Shown: positions 17,440 through 27,669, numbered from the stretch's first letter. The stretch is DNA of 41,188 bases from Rhodothermales bacterium (GCA_012271185.1 JAAXGV010000128.1:1-41188), one strand, 5' to 3'. Notes: generated by a model not told the origin, from the sequence alone. A program made the numbers and translations.

Positions 17440-20193
17440 CTAACTGTCATTCAGGACATTGCCATCGGCGTCAATCAGTATGATATCGCCCAGTCCGAGG
17501 CTGCTGACGCCTTCTTCAATAGCTGCGCGATCCCCGACGAGAATCCAGACAAGGTTGTCAGGCCGGATCACATCGTGGGCCGCCTGGGAAACCTGCGCAA
17601 CGTCAAGCGAGCGCACCTGGGACGTGTAGGTTCCGTAGTAATCTCTGGGAAGGTCATACTGCACCATGGTCAGGAGGTCGCTCTCTACGGAGGCGTTGGT
17701 TTCCCACTGACCTGCCAGTGTAAGGGTCAGGTTCTGCTGCGCGGTGAGGACCTCGTCCTCGGTAGGCGGGCTGTCGCCCAAGATGCCGCGCAGCTCATTC
17801 CGTATCTCCGTGATTGACTCGCTGGTCTTGTCTGTCTGAACCGGGGCATACACGATGAAGGGACGCTGTCCGCGGGCGGAGATGAGCAAGGAACTGGCGC
17901 CATAGGACCACCCTTTGTCTTCACGCAGGTTCATGTTGATACGTGAGATGAAGGCGCCACCGAGCAGTGTGTTCATCGTCTCGATAGCGATATTGTTCGG
18001 CGTGTTACGCGGCGGGGCAACGTGTCCGGCAAAAATTATCGTCTGTGCTGAGCCTGGGCGATCCAGCAGGTATACAACTGGCGTATCTTTGTGAGCTACC
18101 TCATCGATATTCTTAGAAGGAATACTGCCGGGTTCCCAGCTGCTGAAACGCGCCTCAAGCATTGGCGTGATCTCGTCGAGCGTAATGTCGCCCACCACGA
18201 CGAGCGTGGCATTGTTGGGTTTGAACCAGGTCTGGTGGAAAGCGACCAGATCTTCACGGTCAAGGCTGGCTACCGACGCTTCCGTGCCGCTGCCCTGGTA
18301 TGGGGTGCTGTATGCGTGTCCCGGCCCATAGAGCAGCTGCGGAAAAACACGCAGTGCCATCTGGACGGGGGATGCTTTCTGTGCCTGGATCTGGGCTAGG
18401 GTCTGTTGCTGCAGCCGGTCAAAGTCGGCCTGCGGAAAGGACGGGTTGAGAACAACGTCCGTGAAGATATCCAGGCTTGCGGCCAGGTTGCCCTTAAGGG
18501 CGGACAGCGATACAGTGGATCCGTCCATGGATGAGCCGGTGCTGATGGAGGCGCCCAGATTCGCCAGATGATCATTGATTTCCAGCGCGGACATGCTTGT
18601 CGTACCTTCATCAAGCATGCTTAGTGCCAGCCTTGCTGTGCCCTGCACGCTGTTCTGGTCTGCTGCATACCCTGCATCCAGAAACAGCGTCAGCTCCACT
18701 ACTGGTATGGCATGGCGCTCGGCCAGCAGTACGGTGATACCGTTGGAGAGCGTGGCCTCCTGTATTGCCGGGAACGCTGCGTCAGGCGGTGAGTCAACGT
18801 CCGGCAGTACCTCGCGCTCCGCGCCCTCCGCCGCCGCACTGAGCTGAGCAAAGGGGTGGACCTCCAGAACATATACGCCATCGGAAAGCCACCGCGTGGC
18901 CGCATCACGAACGCTCTCCGGCGTGGCGGCATCCTTGTCGTGAAACTCTTTCTTGTAGGCATCCGGCGTGCTGCCATAGACCTCGCTGCGGGCCAGGATG
19001 TCTGACTTGCCTCCAAAGCCGCCAATCCGCTCAATGCCACGGATGAAACTGGCCTTGTCCTGTGTGATTACGCGGCGAAGCTCCTCTTCTGTGGGGCCAT
19101 CCGCCAGAAATCGCGCCAGCTCCTCGTCCAGTGCGGTTTCGACGGCGTTCAGGCTTTGTCCGGGTTGCGCGGTACCGATGATCATGAGCTGGCTGCCAAT
19201 CTCACTGCCACTCACGTAGGCAGACACGCTGGTGGCAATCTGATCATCATAGACGAGGCGCTTGTAGAAGCGGGAGTTTTTGTCGCTGGCCAGGACTGAG
19301 GTAGCCAGATCCAGCAGGTGGTAGTCTGTGGAGTAGATCTCGGGTACATTCCAGACCTTGTAGATGCGCGCCTGAGGCACCCGATCCTGCATGATTTCGC
19401 GCTGCTCCCCCGTACGTTTGGCAATCCAGGTATCGAAATGCGTGACCGGGGGTCCGGGCGAAATGTCGCCAAAGTACTTTTCAGCGAGCCTCTTGGCCTC
19501 CTGCGTGTCTATGGCCCCGGCGATGGCTACGACCGCATTGTTGGGGCCGTAGTATGTCTTGAACCATTCGTGCACGTCATCCACTGTTGCGGCATCCAGG
19601 TCCTCCATGGATCCGATCACGGTATGGGCATACGGGTGGCCCTCAGGGTAGGTGGCGTTTACGATCCTGTTGTAGACCTGGCCATACGGCTGATTTTCAC
19701 CTTGGCGCTTCTCGTTTTGCACAACACCACGCTGCTCATCCAGCTTGTCCTGGTCTATGGCACCAAGCAGGTGGCCCATGCGGTCGGATTCCATCCAGAG
19801 TGCGAGGTCAACAGCGTTTTGGGGGACGTTCTGGAAGTAGTTCGTCCGGTCTGTGTTGGTGGTGCCATTTAGGTCCGTGGCACCGGCCCGCTCAAGGACC
19901 TGAAAGTAGTCATCGTTGAAGTTTTCCGAGCCGTTGAACATCAGGTGCTCAAAGAGATGAGCAAACCCGCTGCGGCCTTCCGGCTCATTCTTGGAGCCTA
20001 CATGGTACCACACGTTGATTGCCACGATAGGCGCCTTGTGGTCTTCGTGTATGATGACGGTGAGTCCGTTGCCCAGCATATGCTTCTCAAACGGAATGTC
20101 GGGAAGCGCCAGTGGCAGCCTGTCGGCCTCTTGGGCGAGAACAACAGGCGCAAAGAGGATGGCACAAAGCGTGGTCAGCAGCAGCTTTTTCAT
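17440..20193 (-). CDS. M16-family zinc metallopeptidase (insulinase/PqqL-like), secreted
   Basis: It carries HLFEHLMFNGSE and has the same architecture as its neighbour. The start is probably MKKLLLTTLCAILFAPVVLAQ at 20193, a clear signal peptide. The ORF is open to 20229. Confidence 0.9.
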   Translation of the reverse strand: MKKLLLTTLCAILFAPVVLAQEADRLPLALPDIPFEKHMLGNGLTVIIHEDHKAPIVAINVWYHVGSKNEPEGRSGFAHLFEHLMFNGSENFNDDYFQVLERAGATDLNGTTNTDRTNYFQNVPQNAVDLALWMESDRMGHLLGAIDQDKLDEQRGVVQNEKRQGENQPYGQVYNRIVNATYPEGHPYAHTVIGSMEDLDAATVDDVHEWFKTYYGPNNAVVAIAGAIDTQEAKRLAEKYFGDISPGPPVTHFDTWIAKRTGEQREIMQDRVPQARIYKVWNVPEIYSTDYHLLDLATSVLASDKNSRFYKRLVYDDQIATSVSAYVSGSEIGSQLMIIGTAQPGQSLNAVETALDEELARFLADGPTEEELRRVITQDKASFIRGIERIGGFGGKSDILARSEVYGSTPDAYKKEFHDKDAATPESVRDAATRWLSDGVYVLEVHPFAQLSAAAEGAEREVLPDVDSPPDAAFPAIQEATLSNGITVLLAERHAIPVVELTLFLDAGYAADQNSVQGTARLALSMLDEGTTSMSALEINDHLANLGASISTGSSMDGSTVSLSALKGNLAASLDIFTDVVLNPSFPQADFDRLQQQTLAQIQAQKASPVQMALRVFPQLLYGPGHAYSTPYQGSGTEASVASLDREDLVAFHQTWFKPNNATLVVVGDITLDEITPMLEARFSSWEPGSIPSKNIDEVAHKDTPVVYLLDRPGSAQTIIFAGHVAPPRNTPNNIAIETMNTLLGGAFISRINMNLREDKGWSYGASSLLISARGQRPFIVYAPVQTDKTSESITEIRNELRGILGDSPPTEDEVLTAQQNLTLTLAGQWETNASVESDLLTMVQYDLPRDYYGTYTSQVRSLDVAQVSQAAHDVIRPDNLVWILVGDRAAIEEGVSSLGLGDIILIDADGNVLNDS

Positions 20194-20271
20194 GATCAGG
20201 CGAAGGAGAGTTCGGGAGAAAAGGAACACTCGTATACCGTTGTGGCCCGCTGTTTGTTACGCGCCACGGGT

Positions 20272-20958
20272 CTACGGCGCAAGACGTGTGGAACGCGTGC
20301 CAGGTCCCAGCCGAGCACCAGTCGTCCTGCGAGCGTGCTCTGTGCCGTAGAGCGCCTCTACCAGGTACAGGGCGGGCTCATAGCTTAACGCCCTGCCCAC
20401 TGATGTGGTGAACTTGCCATCAATGGCAAGCCGGGCGTCATAGAGCACGTTCACCTCTGGAAACATCTCCGCCAGGCGGTAACGGTCTGCGGGAAACGTT
20501 GTTGCAACCCTGCCATCCAGCAGACCGGTGGCAGCCAGCAGAAAAGCGCCATCACACACGGTTATCACAAAGCGGGCATGCTGCGTGGTTTCGTACAGCC
20601 AGGACATGAACACTTCGTCTGCAAGATCATCATTCATGCTGCGGCCAGTGCTTGGAACCACAAGGATATCGATCGGCGGTGCATTGGCGAACGAGTAGTG
20701 GGGCACGATCGTGATGCCCTCGAACATGATAAAAGGAGCCCCGGTAGGGGTGACCACAAACAGGGCGATGTAGTTGAGTGAATCCCGAAAGATTGAGTGC
20801 TGCAGCACGTCGTACGGCGCCATGAGCTCGGAGTTGTAGACAGACTCCAGCGCCACGAACCCTGCGGTCAACACGCCTCGGGGAGATTCGGGTACAGGCA
20901 TGGTGCCTGTGGCACAGCCACTGATCAGCAGTACTGCGAAGAACCTGCTACTAGTCAT
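20272..20958 (-). CDS. DJ-1/PfpI-family (class I glutamine amidotransferase-like) lipoprotein
   Basis: The likely start MTSSRFFAVLLISGCATG at 20958 carries a lipobox. A nucleophile-elbow-like FVITVCDGAFLLAATGLLDGR and the family-typical order IDILVVP..VCDG..TT..DG are present. It overlaps the stop of the upstream gene by 8 nt. Confidence 0.75.
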   Translation of the reverse strand: MTSSRFFAVLLISGCATGTMPVPESPRGVLTAGFVALESVYNSELMAPYDVLQHSIFRDSLNYIALFVVTPTGAPFIMFEGITIVPHYSFANAPPIDILVVPSTGRSMNDDLADEVFMSWLYETTQHARFVITVCDGAFLLAATGLLDGRVATTFPADRYRLAEMFPEVNVLYDARLAIDGKFTTSVGRALSYEPALYLVEALYGTEHARRTTGARLGPGTRSTRLAP

Positions 20959-22044
20959 TGGCTGCAGCATGGACAAGCAGGGAGGCAACACGGCTCGTGA
21001 TGCCTTGGGTCGAGAAGGCAGTCAGGTTTACATGCAATGCCACGACAACCTGTGTGTCGGATTGCATCAGCAGCCTGGTGGAGCCGACCACCAACCCGCC
21101 TCCATGCAAGATGTACCGGTAACCGGCGTCGTCCGCTATCTCCCATCCAAAGCCGTATCCGGTGCGGACCTCGCTGGTGGTCGTCTGGCTCGTGAAAAGG
21201 ATCACTCGTGCCGCATCCGACAGATATGCATCATCCAGATGCGCGTGGGCAAAGCGTACCATGTTCTCCACGGATGACAGGAAGCCGCCTCCCGCCCACT
21301 TATAGCTGTTGTCCACGTAGGGTGCATTGGCAAACCCGCCGCCGTTGTTCCGCTCATAGAAGCGCACACGTTGAACAATGATACTGTCCGCATGATCAGC
21401 AACTGTTTCAGCCAGACCGAGAGGGCCAAAGACTTCAGCTTGCATGACTTCCAGAAAGGGCTGAGACGAAGCCCCTTCGATGACGGCGCTTATGAGGTTC
21501 CACGCATAGCTCGAGTAGTGGAACTGCGAGCCGGGTTCGTGGAGCAGCGTATCTACCGCAAAGATGGCGATGCCCTCCTCGACGCTGGCATATGGCTTGG
21601 CACTCTGAAACTCCGCTCCCCGGTAGTGTCGCACACCGCCCAGGTGCCCACCCAGCTGGCGCGTCGTCACCGGCCAGCGCTTTTCGGGAAAGTACGGCAC
21701 ATACTGCTGCACCGGGGCATCAAGGTCCAGCTGCCCCGGCCCCACAGCCGCATGGCCGCTGCCGCTGTCATGGGCTTGGAAATGCTCCCGATACGGACCT
21801 TGCTGTCTGGTTGCATGGCACGCGCTGCTCCAGGTCAGCATATCCAAAGCCTTCCGACCATACGACTTGTCCGTCAACCATGACGGCTATGCACAGGTTG
21901 TTCAGCCATCGCATCAGCAAGAAGGCCCTGCGCGGCTTCAATGGCATCAGCAAAGTTGTTGAGAGGCAGCTGCGCATGCACCTGGCATATGCTGAAGGCC
22001 GTTGCAAGACACAGGAAAAGAGGGAATCGCACAGGTCTCATCAT
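20951..22044 (-). pseudogene. Beta-lactamase/PBP4*-family serine hydrolase disrupted by three frameshifts
   Basis: It is readable only across four frame segments:
- MMRPVRFPLFLCLATAFSICQVHAQ...ADAMAEQ (signal peptide);
- NLCIAVMVDGQVVWSEGFGYADLEQRVPCN;
- PDSKVRIGSISKPMTAAAAMRLWGRG (SxxK motif);
- QLDLDAPVQQYVPYFPEK... to the stop at 20951 (ORF 20951..21877).
The shifts fall at about 21897, 21811 and 21733. Confidence 0.7.
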
Positions 22045-22755
22045 TGCAATCCGGTCAGGATGCATGCAGAGTTTGTTCACATCAGCGAGTCGGGCTTCAC
22101 TGTTGAAGAGATGCAAGGCAGCGCTTGTGCAGCAGGCACCGGGCGCTCAGCAGCCTGTTACGTTGGCCGGACAGGCCCGCATCATGGAAGGTCAGTCATG
22201 GTTGCAACAGTACTTCAGACTCGTTGGCAGCATGGACCAGCTCGTCACTTGCCGGGACAATTCAGCAGCGGCTTTCCCGGTAAAGGAGCAATGCCACATG
22301 CTGCCAGGCCCTAAGCCGTTCCGAGCTTTCATCTCGTACTTACCAGAACGTATGCGGTGTTGCAGCCGCTCCATCGTGCTTCCTTCCATTCGCAGCGGTA
22401 CTTCGCCAAGTGCTCAAAAAAAGACCTTGGTGTCAGAAATACCATAACCAATCCGCTGGATTTTGAATGGCCTCAAGCATACTCTGGGGCGAGTTGAATG
22501 CATGACATCGTGCAAAAACCTTGCAGCCGGCTGCCGCAAGGTCCGTCAGCCGGCACATGCGAGTTTCATCCCTGGGCAGGACTGCCGTTTCAAGACGCAG
22601 GCGGTGGGGACGGTGACTGAGGCAGATAGGGTGCAACTCAGGGTGAACGCCCGCTTGCGGTGCGTCAGGGCCACGACGTGTCACCGCCGGCAAACCAGAC
22701 AGGGTTGCATTAGTAGAAACGGCTGTTTCCAGTGCAACGCATTACCTGGCAGTGC

Positions 22756-25700
22756 ATGATGCGATATGGCTTTATACTCGCGGTGCTTGTCGCTGCGACA
22801 GTCGCCGGCTGTGCCAGCGATGTGCCGCAGCCGGACACCAGGGAATATGGGCAGGCAATTTCCGCATTCTATTCAGGGGTTGCGGCAATGGAGGTCGGCG
22901 AAGACAGGCGTGCTGAGGCCAAGCTGACCTATGTGACGGAGCTGGCGCCCCGGGAGCCGGCGGCGTGGGCCAACCTGGCACTCATGGCACTGCGCCGTGG
23001 CGAGGCAGATGTTGCTGCCGCGCATCTGGGTGAGGCACGCCGGCTGGACAAGAATGGCAGCTACGTGCTGTACCTTTCGGGGCTCATGGAGCTCAGGGAG
23101 GGGCGCTCCGAAGCGGGCCAGGCCTATCTGCGCCAGGCGGTAAGCAGGGATTCCACCGACCTGCGTGCAGCCTTTGCCTTGCGGGAGTCAGTCGGCGAAG
23201 AAACAGCGGAAGCCGACGCGCTCCTTGAGTCGCTGCTGAGGATCGCGCCCCGGAACCTTGTCCTGCAACTGGCGAAGCTGAGGCGCCAGGTGGCTCAGGG
23301 GATGATTGCAGAGTCCTTGCGGGAGGCCCTTGCTGCACGTACTGCACCTGTTGGCGCCGAAAGCATTGCCCAGCTCGAGGCAGCCTATGCTGCCGTCGAA
23401 GCGAGCGACACACAAGGTGCACTGATGCAGCTGGGCTTTCTGCACAACGTGCTCCTGAGTGAGCCCACCTACCGGCAGGATCTGCTCATGCTGCGTGCTC
23501 CCGCAGAGATTATTGCAATGCCGCTGGTCTCGCTGCAGCGCATCGAGACGCCAGCACCAGATGTCGCTCCGCTGGACGACTCCCTGCAGTTCATCACGGA
23601 ACGCTTCCTACCCGAGGAAGGAGCGCGCCAGGTCTGGATCTCCGCCATCGCGCTGGGCAACGATGCGCTGCCGGCGATCTTTTTTACCGATGGCAGAGTG
23701 CTGTCGACACTGCGCAGTGAAGAGTGGGCCTCGCCGGGTGCTTCGGGGCCGCATGCGGTTGCCGGGCTGGACTACAATTTCGACTTTCGGGTGGATCTGG
23801 CCCTTGCAGGGTCAGGGGGGTTGCGCATGATCGCCCAGGACTCCACAGAGGCCTTTGCGGATGTGACAGCCACGCTGGGAGTGGGGCCAGGCGTGCTGAG
23901 CGCTCCCTACACCGGTGTGTGGGCGGCAGACCTTGATCTGGAAGGTGATATGGATCTGGTACTCGCTGCGCAGCGCATACGGACACTGCGCAACAATGGT
24001 GACGGCACGTTCATGCCGGTGGATCTTTTCGGAGACCTGAGTGCACCTAGGAACTTTGTATGGGCAGACCTTGACAGTGATGGTGATCCGGACGCGGCCT
24101 GGGTTGATCACGGCGGCGTGCTGCATGTGCAGCACAATGAGCGCCAGGGGCGCTTTGTACACTGGGAGGTGCCGGATACGGTTCAGAGTGCAGTGGACCT
24201 GGCGGTGACAGACAGCAACAGTGACGGCATGATGGACCTGCTGGTTCTTACTGCCGGCGGCGACATCCTGCGGATGACCTATCAGAAAAACTGGGCTGTC
24301 GAAACCGTGGCTTCTGCCACGGAGATGTTTCAGAGGCTTCTGGTGGCAGACCTGGACAACAACGGCGGTCAGGATATTCTGCTGACGGGGCCGGCCGGAA
24401 GTCGGGCCTGGCTGCAGGATGATGACTACACGTTTCATGCTGTTGAGGCCAGGTCAGATATCCAGGTGTTTGCTGTTGCGGCGGTATGGCAGGCAGGCAG
24501 GCTTGACCTCGTGGGGCTGGATGCCGCGGGACAGCCCGCTCGCGCACAGATACTCTCTCCACGCGGGTACCACTGGAAGCAGATCCAGCCGCGTGCGGCG
24601 CAGGCGGTGGGGGATCAGCGCATCAACTCGTTCGGCATCGGTGGCGAGGTGGAGCTGCGTGCAGGCACGCTCTACCAGAAGCGGCCCATCACACAGCCGG
24701 TCATGCACTTTGGGCTTGGCCACCACCTTCTGGCGGATGTGGCGCGCATCTCATGGCCCAATGGTACCGTTCAGTCGGAGTTTGATCTGCAATCAGACCA
24801 GATTATCTCCGCGCAGCAGCGCTTGAAAGGCTCATGTCCGTGGCTCTTCACCCACAATGGGCAGCAGCTCCAGTTCGTCACAGACTTTATCTGGCGCTCC
24901 CCTTTAGGGTTGCGTATCAACGCGCAAGAGACCGCGGGCATCATGACAACCGAGGACTGGGTAAAGATTCGCGGAGATCAGCTGCGTGCGGTTGATGGCT
25001 ATTATGACGTGCGCATCACGGCAGAGCTCTGGGAAACGCACTTTTTCGACCATGTTTCGCTGATGGTCGTGGATCATCCGGGGGACACCGAAATTTTTCT
25101 GGATGAACGGTTTGCGTTTCCACCGCCGGAATTTGCGGTGCACGTAACGCGCCAGACGCAGCCGGTGGCGAGCGTGTTCACGGACACGGGTCATGACGCC
25201 ACAGAAAGCATACGCGCACGCGACGGGCAGTACCTGGACTTCTTTGGTCGAGGAGACTACCAGGGCGTCACGCGAGATCACTATATCGAAATCGACCTGG
25301 GTGATGCGTTGCCTGAGGCAAGCTGGCTGGTAGCCAGCGGCTGGATCAGACCGACGGACAGTTCCATCAATGTGGCTATAAGCCAGGGTCAGCAGGCGTC
25401 GCCCAAGCCGCTGCATCTGGAAGTTCAGCAGGGTGATGGAACGTGGAAAGCCGCGTATGGCAATCTCGGGTTCCCTTCAGGAAAGGCCAAGACCATTCTT
25501 GTTGACCTTGAAGGGCTCTTTGCACCGGGCGGGCCGCGTCGGGTCCGCCTGCACACCAACCTGGAAATCTACTGGGATGCGTTGCAGTGGGCAGCCAAAA
25601 TGCCGCGGGAAGCTGCCGAGACAGTACGGGTTGCGCCCAGGACTGCCGAGTTGCGGTACCGGGGGTATTCGGTGGTAACCGAAGCCAACAGGTCTTCTCC

Positions 25701-26118
25701 GGAGCTTCCAGATTACGGAACGCTTTCGGGGATCGTTCCTGTCTGGCGCGACCTTGTGGGCTACTACACGCGTTTCGGCGAGGTCGGTGAGCTTCTGGGC
25801 ACCGTAGATGACCGGTACGTGATCATGAATGCCGGCGATGAGCTTGCTCTGCGCTTTCCGGAAGCGCCGCCAGTGGAAGAGGGCTGGAAGCGCGACTACG
25901 TGCTGATCGGCGATGGCTGGGTCAAAGACGGAGACTACAACACGACCGCCGGCAAGTACGTGCGTCCGCTACCTTCGCATGATCAGCTGGACTATGCAGC
26001 GACACCGGGTGCGCTGGTGGACGACCCGGTGTTTCGCCGGCATGCGTGGGACTGGCAGAAGTATCACACGCGCTATGTGTTTCCCGACCACTTCATCCGG
26101 GGCATACGGCTTCACTAG
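22756..26118 (+). CDS. CRTAC1-like lipoprotein: N-terminal TPR-like region, FG-GAP/VCBS repeats and an ASPIC/UnbV domain
   Basis: The probable start MMRYGFILAVLVAATVAGCAS carries a lipobox. The N-terminus is Ala/Leu-rich and TPR-like. Repeated Ca-binding-like loops are present (ADLDLEGDMDLVL, ADLDSDGDPDAAW, TDSNSDGMMDLLV, ADLDNNGGQDILL). An UnbV/ASPIC-like block reads INSFGIGGEVELRAG..HFGLG..ISWPNGTVQ. Confidence 0.75.
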   Translation: MMRYGFILAVLVAATVAGCASDVPQPDTREYGQAISAFYSGVAAMEVGEDRRAEAKLTYVTELAPREPAAWANLALMALRRGEADVAAAHLGEARRLDKNGSYVLYLSGLMELREGRSEAGQAYLRQAVSRDSTDLRAAFALRESVGEETAEADALLESLLRIAPRNLVLQLAKLRRQVAQGMIAESLREALAARTAPVGAESIAQLEAAYAAVEASDTQGALMQLGFLHNVLLSEPTYRQDLLMLRAPAEIIAMPLVSLQRIETPAPDVAPLDDSLQFITERFLPEEGARQVWISAIALGNDALPAIFFTDGRVLSTLRSEEWASPGASGPHAVAGLDYNFDFRVDLALAGSGGLRMIAQDSTEAFADVTATLGVGPGVLSAPYTGVWAADLDLEGDMDLVLAAQRIRTLRNNGDGTFMPVDLFGDLSAPRNFVWADLDSDGDPDAAWVDHGGVLHVQHNERQGRFVHWEVPDTVQSAVDLAVTDSNSDGMMDLLVLTAGGDILRMTYQKNWAVETVASATEMFQRLLVADLDNNGGQDILLTGPAGSRAWLQDDDYTFHAVEARSDIQVFAVAAVWQAGRLDLVGLDAAGQPARAQILSPRGYHWKQIQPRAAQAVGDQRINSFGIGGEVELRAGTLYQKRPITQPVMHFGLGHHLLADVARISWPNGTVQSEFDLQSDQIISAQQRLKGSCPWLFTHNGQQLQFVTDFIWRSPLGLRINAQETAGIMTTEDWVKIRGDQLRAVDGYYDVRITAELWETHFFDHVSLMVVDHPGDTEIFLDERFAFPPPEFAVHVTRQTQPVASVFTDTGHDATESIRARDGQYLDFFGRGDYQGVTRDHYIEIDLGDALPEASWLVASGWIRPTDSSINVAISQGQQASPKPLHLEVQQGDGTWKAAYGNLGFPSGKAKTILVDLEGLFAPGGPRRVRLHTNLEIYWDALQWAAKMPREAAETVRVAPRTAELRYRGYSVVTEANRSSPELPDYGTLSGIVPVWRDLVGYYTRFGEVGELLGTVDDRYVIMNAGDELALRFPEAPPVEEGWKRDYVLIGDGWVKDGDYNTTAGKYVRPLPSHDQLDYAATPGALVDDPVFRRHAWDWQKYHTRYVFPDHFIRGIRLH

Positions 26119-26906
26119 CCGAGTTTCAGCTTGAACTTGATTGGTATTGCCATGCGAACACGTACGGGCTTGTTGCGCTGGCGGCCGGGTGTGAAGCGCT
26201 GCTCCATTACGGCCTCCACTGCGGTCTGATCAAGAATCTCGTGGACCGACCGCATAACCTTGGGATCAGAGGGTTTTCCGTCTGTGCCCACGATAACCTC
26301 AACTACTACCAGACCCTCAATACCTGCACGCTGTGCCACGGCCGGGTACTCCAGTGAGGCGTAGAGCGCTGCTTGCCCTCCGATGATATCAGGCATCTCC
26401 TCAACGATGGCAAAAGGCTCATCCTCCATGTCTTCTTCGGGGTCTTTATCCGGCAAGGGCGGCGGCGGAGTCAGCATAACAAGGTCCAGCGGATCGCCAA
26501 GTGGAAGGTCGTCATCCTCAAGGAGGACATCATCGGGCACCTCGACGGGAACAGGCGGGCGGGGCGGTGGCGGTGGCTTGAGCTTCTGCCGGGTCTGTAT
26601 GATCTCCTGCATCGCAATCACCTCCTGTGCCACCACCGTAATGGGCTTGGCCTCTTGCGGTTTGATGTCAATGCTGAAGGCACCAATGATCAGCAGTATT
26701 GCAACTGCCAGTCCGGCCTGGAAATGGTACGCGTAGCGGTTGCGCTCCATGCGGTAACGGGTGGCGCGCTCGCTGAATCGTTTCTGGAGCACGGCCTGTG
26801 GCAAGCGCGTGCCCTTGTATGCGATAGACGGGCTGTGGCGGTATACGCCGGCATGGCTTTGCAGGAACCGGCCGATTAGGAAAGTCTTTTTCATGGCTTG
26901 GTGCAT
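26115..26906 (-). CDS. TonB-family energy transducer
   Basis: It has a TM (LAVAILLIIGAF), a Pro-rich linker (KPPPPPRPPVPVEVP, PPPPLP) and a C-terminal TonB domain (EEMPDIIGG..LEYPAVAQRAGIEGLVVVEVIVGTDGKP). The start is uncertain (ATG 26906 or 26894; the ORF is open to 26966). Its stop overlaps the convergent stop of the previous gene (CTAG at 26115-26118). Confidence 0.85.
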   Translation of the reverse strand: MHQAMKKTFLIGRFLQSHAGVYRHSPSIAYKGTRLPQAVLQKRFSERATRYRMERNRYAYHFQAGLAVAILLIIGAFSIDIKPQEAKPITVVAQEVIAMQEIIQTRQKLKPPPPPRPPVPVEVPDDVLLEDDDLPLGDPLDLVMLTPPPPLPDKDPEEDMEDEPFAIVEEMPDIIGGQAALYASLEYPAVAQRAGIEGLVVVEVIVGTDGKPSDPKVMRSVHEILDQTAVEAVMEQRFTPGRQRNKPVRVRMAIPIKFKLKLG

Positions 26907-26994
26907 GTTTTGAGTGTAGCCGTGCGTCCCTATACGTAACATTGTATGACAGGATGCACGTAGCACTCCATTCCGTCAGATACCGCTGCTGGCC

Positions 26995-27669
26995 ATGATA
27001 TTTCATTGGACTCGAGTGATGCTGGTGTCCGCGATCCTTCTGGCGCCGGATGCTGTGGCGCAGGACTTCGCATTCACGATTGCCCGCATCAAGTATAACG
27101 GAGGCGGCGACTGGTACAGCGATGAGCAGTCTCTCCCTGAGCTCTTGACGTTTGTGCGGGACAACACGCTGCTGCATGTTGCGCCGCGGCCGGATGTCGT
27201 AGAGCTTACCAGTAACAAGCTGTTCACATATCCGTACCTGTACCTGACCGGGCACGGGAACGTGGTTTTTTCTCCTGGTGAGGCACGGCGTCTGCGACGC
27301 TACCTGGAGCATGGCGGGTTTCTCCACATTGACGACAACTACGGACTGGATGTGGCGATACGCCGAGAGATGCGCAAGGTGTTCCCGGACCAAGAATTCG
27401 TTGAATTACCATTTGAGCATGCGATCTACCACGCTCATTATTCGTTTCCTGCTGGTTTGCCCAAGGTCCATGAGCACGATGGAAAGCCGAGCCAGGGGTT
27501 CGGCCTTTTTGATGAGCAGGGACGCCTGTGCGTGTTCTACTCGTACGAGAGTGACCTTGGCGACGGGTGGGAGCCTCCGACGGTTCATGACAACTCGCCA
27601 GAGGTGCGGGCACAGGCTTTACAGATGGGTACGAACATCCTGATATATGCTATGACAGGAACCAGATAA
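26995..27669 (+). CDS. DUF4159-domain secreted protein
   Basis: 224 aa with a signal peptide. It carries the blocks [52 protein letters not shown] and DLGDGWE, which I recall as characteristic of DUF4159. Confidence 0.6.
   Translation: MIFHWTRVMLVSAILLAPDAVAQDFAFTIARIKYNGGGDWYSDEQSLPELLTFVRDNTLLHVAPRPDVVELTSNKLFTYPYLYLTGHGNVVFSPGEARRLRRYLEHGGFLHIDDNYGLDVAIRREMRKVFPDQEFVELPFEHAIYHAHYSFPAGLPKVHEHDGKPSQGFGLFDEQGRLCVFYSYESDLGDGWEPPTVHDNSPEVRAQALQMGTNILIYAMTGTR

Larger units (their letters stand above)
14659..20193 (-). repeat. Tandem duplication of a roughly 2.75-kb M16 peptidase gene
   Basis: The two proteins align end to end with long identical blocks (VWYHVGSKNEPEGRSGFAHLFEHLMFNGSE, LALWMESDRMGHLLGAIDQDKLDEQR, HTVIGSMEDLDAA, SRINMNLREDKGW). 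The DNA is also visibly similar, for example around 17140-17260 versus 19920-20040. Confidence 0.9.

Noticed and set aside
20231-20262. ECF-promoter look-alike: GTAAC-N16-CGGTAT on the minus strand at 20231-20262. A second one, GAAAC-N17-CGCATT, lies on the plus strand at 22715-22744.
   Set aside because: Each matches only the AAC...CG core. Such partial matches are expected by chance in 41 kb.
20196-20340. Possible frameshift at the 3' end of the DJ-1/PfpI-like gene. An alternative frame reads ..GRLVLGWDLARVPHV.. and would end 2 nt before the M16 start.
   Set aside because: The annotated frame already gives a complete domain. The alternative tail is not recognisably conserved and I cannot verify it without homologues.
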